From Marsupella aquatica (Eukaryota; Plantae; Marchantiophyta): a DNA stretch of 64,000 nucleotides. Below are positions 60,740-64,000 of this stretch, in pieces. The notes under the pieces are model-generated. The model had not been told where the DNA came from. It saw only the letters and a program-made list of their open reading frames with translations, and did not search any database. Every line of letters starts with the position of its first letter. Position 1 is the first letter of the stretch. Both the position numbers and the translations under genes were made by a program. The stretch lies in the NCBI GenBank assembly GCA_973895155.1, contig OZ316894.1:26707240-26771239 (forward strand). Direction: 5' to 3'.

Positions 60740-63700
60740 ATGACAAGGAAAGCACTTTGGGTGGTTTGCTGCTCTACTCCAGCATGGGTGAAGGCAAAGC
60801 TCAAATTGATTACTCAAGGTAGATTGGAATCTCGTCCATATGGAATTGTGGGCCCCGTCATCCGGCAGATGTCTGGCGTGGCAAAAATCTACAGCCCTTG
60901 CCTACAGCGGGTGCAGCACGAGCTCGACGCATTTCGTGATCATTGGAGGCTTCAGAAGAAGGCTGCCGAGTTGTACGGGAGGGAAGCTCAATCAGCACAG
61001 CCTGCATACAATGGGGAAGCTGAAGCCTGCGCTGGTTTTCAAAGTGTAACGGGGCATGACAACCATGTAGCACGGCTGGAGGCACCATCCCCTCAAACTT
61101 GCCCAGGAGCTGCCAAGTGGAGGGAAGCTGCAAAGATGATTGAGCAGAATTGGAACCCTTCACATAAAGTCGTTGGTGGGATTGAATCACGTCAACAGAA
61201 CACTGACAGCTTGAAACTGCAACTCGGACGAACAGGTGACATAAAATCGAAATTGACCAGATGTTTAATAACGAACGGTGTACAAGACATTCGAGAGCCG
61301 GAACCTCTATCCAGGCAGGAAGAGGAGCAAGCTTCAGCTATCTGTGAAGAAGGGGTGACTGAGAATTTAGGAAGGCAACACCTGATAAACGAGGAGCTGC
61401 TCAGGAAAGAAAATTGGTGGGAGGCAGGACTTGATTTGATTGGCCAAGGCGGATTGCGATCTCTTTCCAATTGTGGCAGCAGAGATTGGTCTCAAAACAG
61501 TGCACAAAGGAATGGCAGTTGTGACATGCATAGTGCGGGGACCACGAGTCAAGCAATTGCTGTCTTGCAGAATCGTCTACAACGAGGCATTACTACAAAC
61601 TCGTACACATATGTGAAAGTTCTGCAGATGTGCTCGAAACAGAAAGACCTTTTAGCGGCGAAGCAGGTGCAAGACCACATCATCCAGAGTGGGATGGATA
61701 AGAATGAATATGTGGCGGTAACCCTCCTGAATGTGTATATTAAATGTGGGGCATTGTTGGATGCCCGCCGAGTTTTTGATCAACTTGAGAAGAAAAGTGT
61801 TATTACTTGGAACAACATGATTGCAGGATATGCTAAGAATGATCATGCTGAATCTGCAGTAAAGCTTTTCAATCAAATGCGCGAAGAAGGCGTGCAGCCT
61901 AATGAGATCACATATCTGAGCATCCTGAAGGCATGTGCCTACCCATTAGCTCTAAACTGGGGAAAGGAAGTTCATGTGTATATTCGACATACTGGCTTTG
62001 AATCAGATGTGCGTGTAGGGACTGCCCTCTTACAAATGTATGCAAAGAGTGGCACTATCGATGACGCCCGACTAGTTTTTGACAGAATGGAGAAACGTGA
62101 TGGAGTGACATGGACTGCAATGCTTAGAGCATATGCAGAAGCTGGTCATGGTGTGGAAGCATATCGACTATTCCTCCAAATGAGACGGGAAGGCTTCGAA
62201 CCGGATGCAATCACTTATCTGAGCATCCTGAATGCATCTGCAAGTGCGGGGGCTTTGGAGTGGGTGAAGGAGGTTCATGGCCACGCTAGCAAAGCCGGAC
62301 TGGAGTCGGATTTGCGTGTGAGCAATGCACTCGTTCACATGTATGCAAAGAGTGGCAGTATACATGATGCCCGACTGGTTTTTGACAGAATGGAGAAACG
62401 CGACGTAATCACATGGAATGTAATGATAGGAGGACTTGCACAACATGGATGTGGGCACGAAGCATATCGATTGTTTCTCCAAATGAGACGGGAAGGCTTT
62501 GAACCAGATGCATTCACTTATGCGAGTATTCTGAATGCATCTGCAAGTGCGGGGGCTTTGGAGTGGGTGAAGGAGGTTCATGGCCATGCTAGAAATGCCG
62601 GACTGGAGTCGGATTTGCGTGTGGGCATTGCACTCGTTCACATGTATGCAAAGAGTGGCAGTATAGATGATGCCCGACTGGTGTTTGACAGAATGGAGAA
62701 ACGTGATGTTGTCACATGGAATACCATGATTGGGGGACTTGCACAACATGGATCTGGGCATGAAGCATATCGAGTGTTTCTCCAAATGAGACGGGAAGGC
62801 TTCGAACCAGATGCATTCACTTATGCGAGTATTCTGAATGCATCTGCAAGTGCGGGGGCTTTGGAGTGGGTGAAGGAGGTTCATGGCCATGCTAGAAATG
62901 CCGGACTGGAGTCGGATCTGCGTGTGGGCATTGCACTCGTTCACATGTATGCAAAGAGTGGCAGTATAGATGATGCCCGACTGGTGTTTGACAGAATGGA
63001 GAAACGCGATGTAGTCACTTGGAATGTAATGATAGGAGGACTTGCACAACATGGATGTGGGCATGAAGCATACCGATTGTTTCTCCAGATGAGACGGGAC
63101 GGCTCTGAACCAGATGCGTTCACTTATGCGAGTATTCTGAATGCACCTGCAAGTGCGGGGGCTTTGGAGTGGGTGAAGGAGGTTCATGGCCACGCTCGCA
63201 CTGCCGGACTGGAGTCGGATTTGCGTGTAGGCAACGCACTCGTTCACATGTATGCAAAGAGTGGCAGTATAGATGACGCCCAACAAGTTTTTGGCAGACT
63301 CGGGAAACACGATGTAATCACATGGAACATAATGATCGGTGGACTTGCACAACACGGACATGGGCATGAAGCGCTGGAACTTTTCAGGCAAATGACTGCA
63401 GACTATGTGAAGCCCATCGAGACGTCATTCACAGCTGTGTTGTCAGCGTGTGCCCATGGAGGCCTTGTTGATGATGGCCGTAGAATCTTTTCAACTATGA
63501 CGCAAGATTATGGTATCGAGCGTACTGTTGTTCACTACAACCTCATGGTGGATATCCTTGGGCGGGCGGGACGCTTGGAGGAAGCAAAGCAGTTGATCAG
63601 TAAGATGCCGATCGAACCAGATGATGTAACTTGGACAGCCTTGCTCGGGGCTTGTAGAACGTACGGGAACGTGGAGCTGGGTGAGCGTGCCGCTAACGAG

Positions 63701-64000
63701 CTTTTCAAGTTGGAACCCGTTAAGGCCTCTACATATGTGCTGCTCTCCAATATCTATGCTGCAGCTGGGAAGTGGGAGAAGGTGTCATCTGTGCGCACTA
63801 TGATGCATGAGAGAGGTGTTCGGAAAGAACCAGGACGTAGCTGGATTGAAGTTGATAATAAGATCCATGAATTTGTTGCGGGGGACACATCTCACCCAGA
63901 AGCGGAGGCGATCTATACTGAGCTGAATAAATTGAGTGAAAAACTGAAGGCTGAAGGCTACGTTCCGGATACCCAACTTGTGTTGCATGATATTAATGAG
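60740..64000 (+). CDS. PLS-class PPR protein with E1-E2 and the start of a DYW deaminase domain (organellar C-to-U RNA-editing factor); 3' end beyond the window
   Basis: Uninterrupted frame from ATG 60740 (MTRKALWVVCCSTPAWVKAKL...) to the window end. It has 20 PPR motifs (L-S-[P-L-S]x5-P2-L2-S2) from about 61600, then VTWTALLGAC (E1), TYVLLSNIYA (E2), PG box KEPGRSWIEV and GYVPDTQLVLHDI. It is missing from the ORF track because no stop falls inside the window. Confidence 0.96.
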   Translation, partial: MTRKALWVVCCSTPAWVKAKLKLITQGRLESRPYGIVGPVIRQMSGVAKIYSPCLQRVQHELDAFRDHWRLQKKAAELYGREAQSAQPAYNGEAEACAGFQSVTGHDNHVARLEAPSPQTCPGAAKWREAAKMIEQNWNPSHKVVGGIESRQQNTDSLKLQLGRTGDIKSKLTRCLITNGVQDIREPEPLSRQEEEQASAICEEGVTENLGRQHLINEELLRKENWWEAGLDLIGQGGLRSLSNCGSRDWSQNSAQRNGSCDMHSAGTTSQAIAVLQNRLQRGITTNSYTYVKVLQMCSKQKDLLAAKQVQDHIIQSGMDKNEYVAVTLLNVYIKCGALLDARRVFDQLEKKSVITWNNMIAGYAKNDHAESAVKLFNQMREEGVQPNEITYLSILKACAYPLALNWGKEVHVYIRHTGFESDVRVGTALLQMYAKSGTIDDARLVFDRMEKRDGVTWTAMLRAYAEAGHGVEAYRLFLQMRREGFEPDAITYLSILNASASAGALEWVKEVHGHASKAGLESDLRVSNALVHMYAKSGSIHDARLVFDRMEKRDVITWNVMIGGLAQHGCGHEAYRLFLQMRREGFEPDAFTYASILNASASAGALEWVKEVHGHARNAGLESDLRVGIALVHMYAKSGSIDDARLVFDRMEKRDVVTWNTMIGGLAQHGSGHEAYRVFLQMRREGFEPDAFTYASILNASASAGALEWVKEVHGHARNAGLESDLRVGIALVHMYAKSGSIDDARLVFDRMEKRDVVTWNVMIGGLAQHGCGHEAYRLFLQMRRDGSEPDAFTYASILNAPASAGALEWVKEVHGHARTAGLESDLRVGNALVHMYAKSGSIDDAQQVFGRLGKHDVITWNIMIGGLAQHGHGHEALELFRQMTADYVKPIETSFTAVLSACAHGGLVDDGRRIFSTMTQDYGIERTVVHYNLMVDILGRAGRLEEAKQLISKMPIEPDDVTWTALLGACRTYGNVELGERAANELFKLEPVKASTYVLLSNIYAAAGKWEKVSSVRTMMHERGVRKEPGRSWIEVDNKIHEFVAGDTSHPEAEAIYTELNKLSEKLKAEGYVPDTQLVLHDINE
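62035..63370 (+). repeat. 303-bp coding tandem repeat (PLS triplet), about 4.4 near-identical copies
   Basis: atgtatgcaaagagtggca.tat recurs at about 62036, 62339, 62642, 62945 and 63248. Confidence 0.95.

Noticed and set aside
62168-63391. 407-aa repetitive minus-strand ORF, plus the 60-aa ORFs nested in it
   Set aside because: Antisense shadow of the + strand PPR gene; its periodicity simply mirrors the 303-bp PLS repeat.

Overview
Eukaryotic, intron-rich land-plant nuclear DNA, most likely from a moss (inferred from the moss-type PLS-DYW PPR motifs). I can reconstruct six host genes by hand from GT-AG boundaries: an OTU deubiquitinase (+), a small membrane-anchored J-domain protein (-), thylakoid PsbP-domain protein PPD5 (-), plastid bile-acid:sodium symporter BASS3 (-), a MIP1-leucine-zipper/DUF547 protein (+), and a PLS-E-DYW PPR RNA-editing factor (+) that runs off the window end and is absent from the ORF track. 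Between them lie an internally deleted Tnt1-like copia relic, LINE relics, a non-autonomous Helitron, a MITE with an 8-bp TSD, CPN60 exon fragments and many local tandem duplications. The most unusual region is 18.3-22.7 kb. There, a Ty3/gypsy element has an integrase ending in a PHD finger instead of a chromodomain, its 3' end has a split B-GC-A-B terminal-repeat architecture, and its 5' part is replaced by a degraded frame resembling fungal DUF3505/OrsD-type proteins. All family assignments come from motif recognition by eye; no searches were run.
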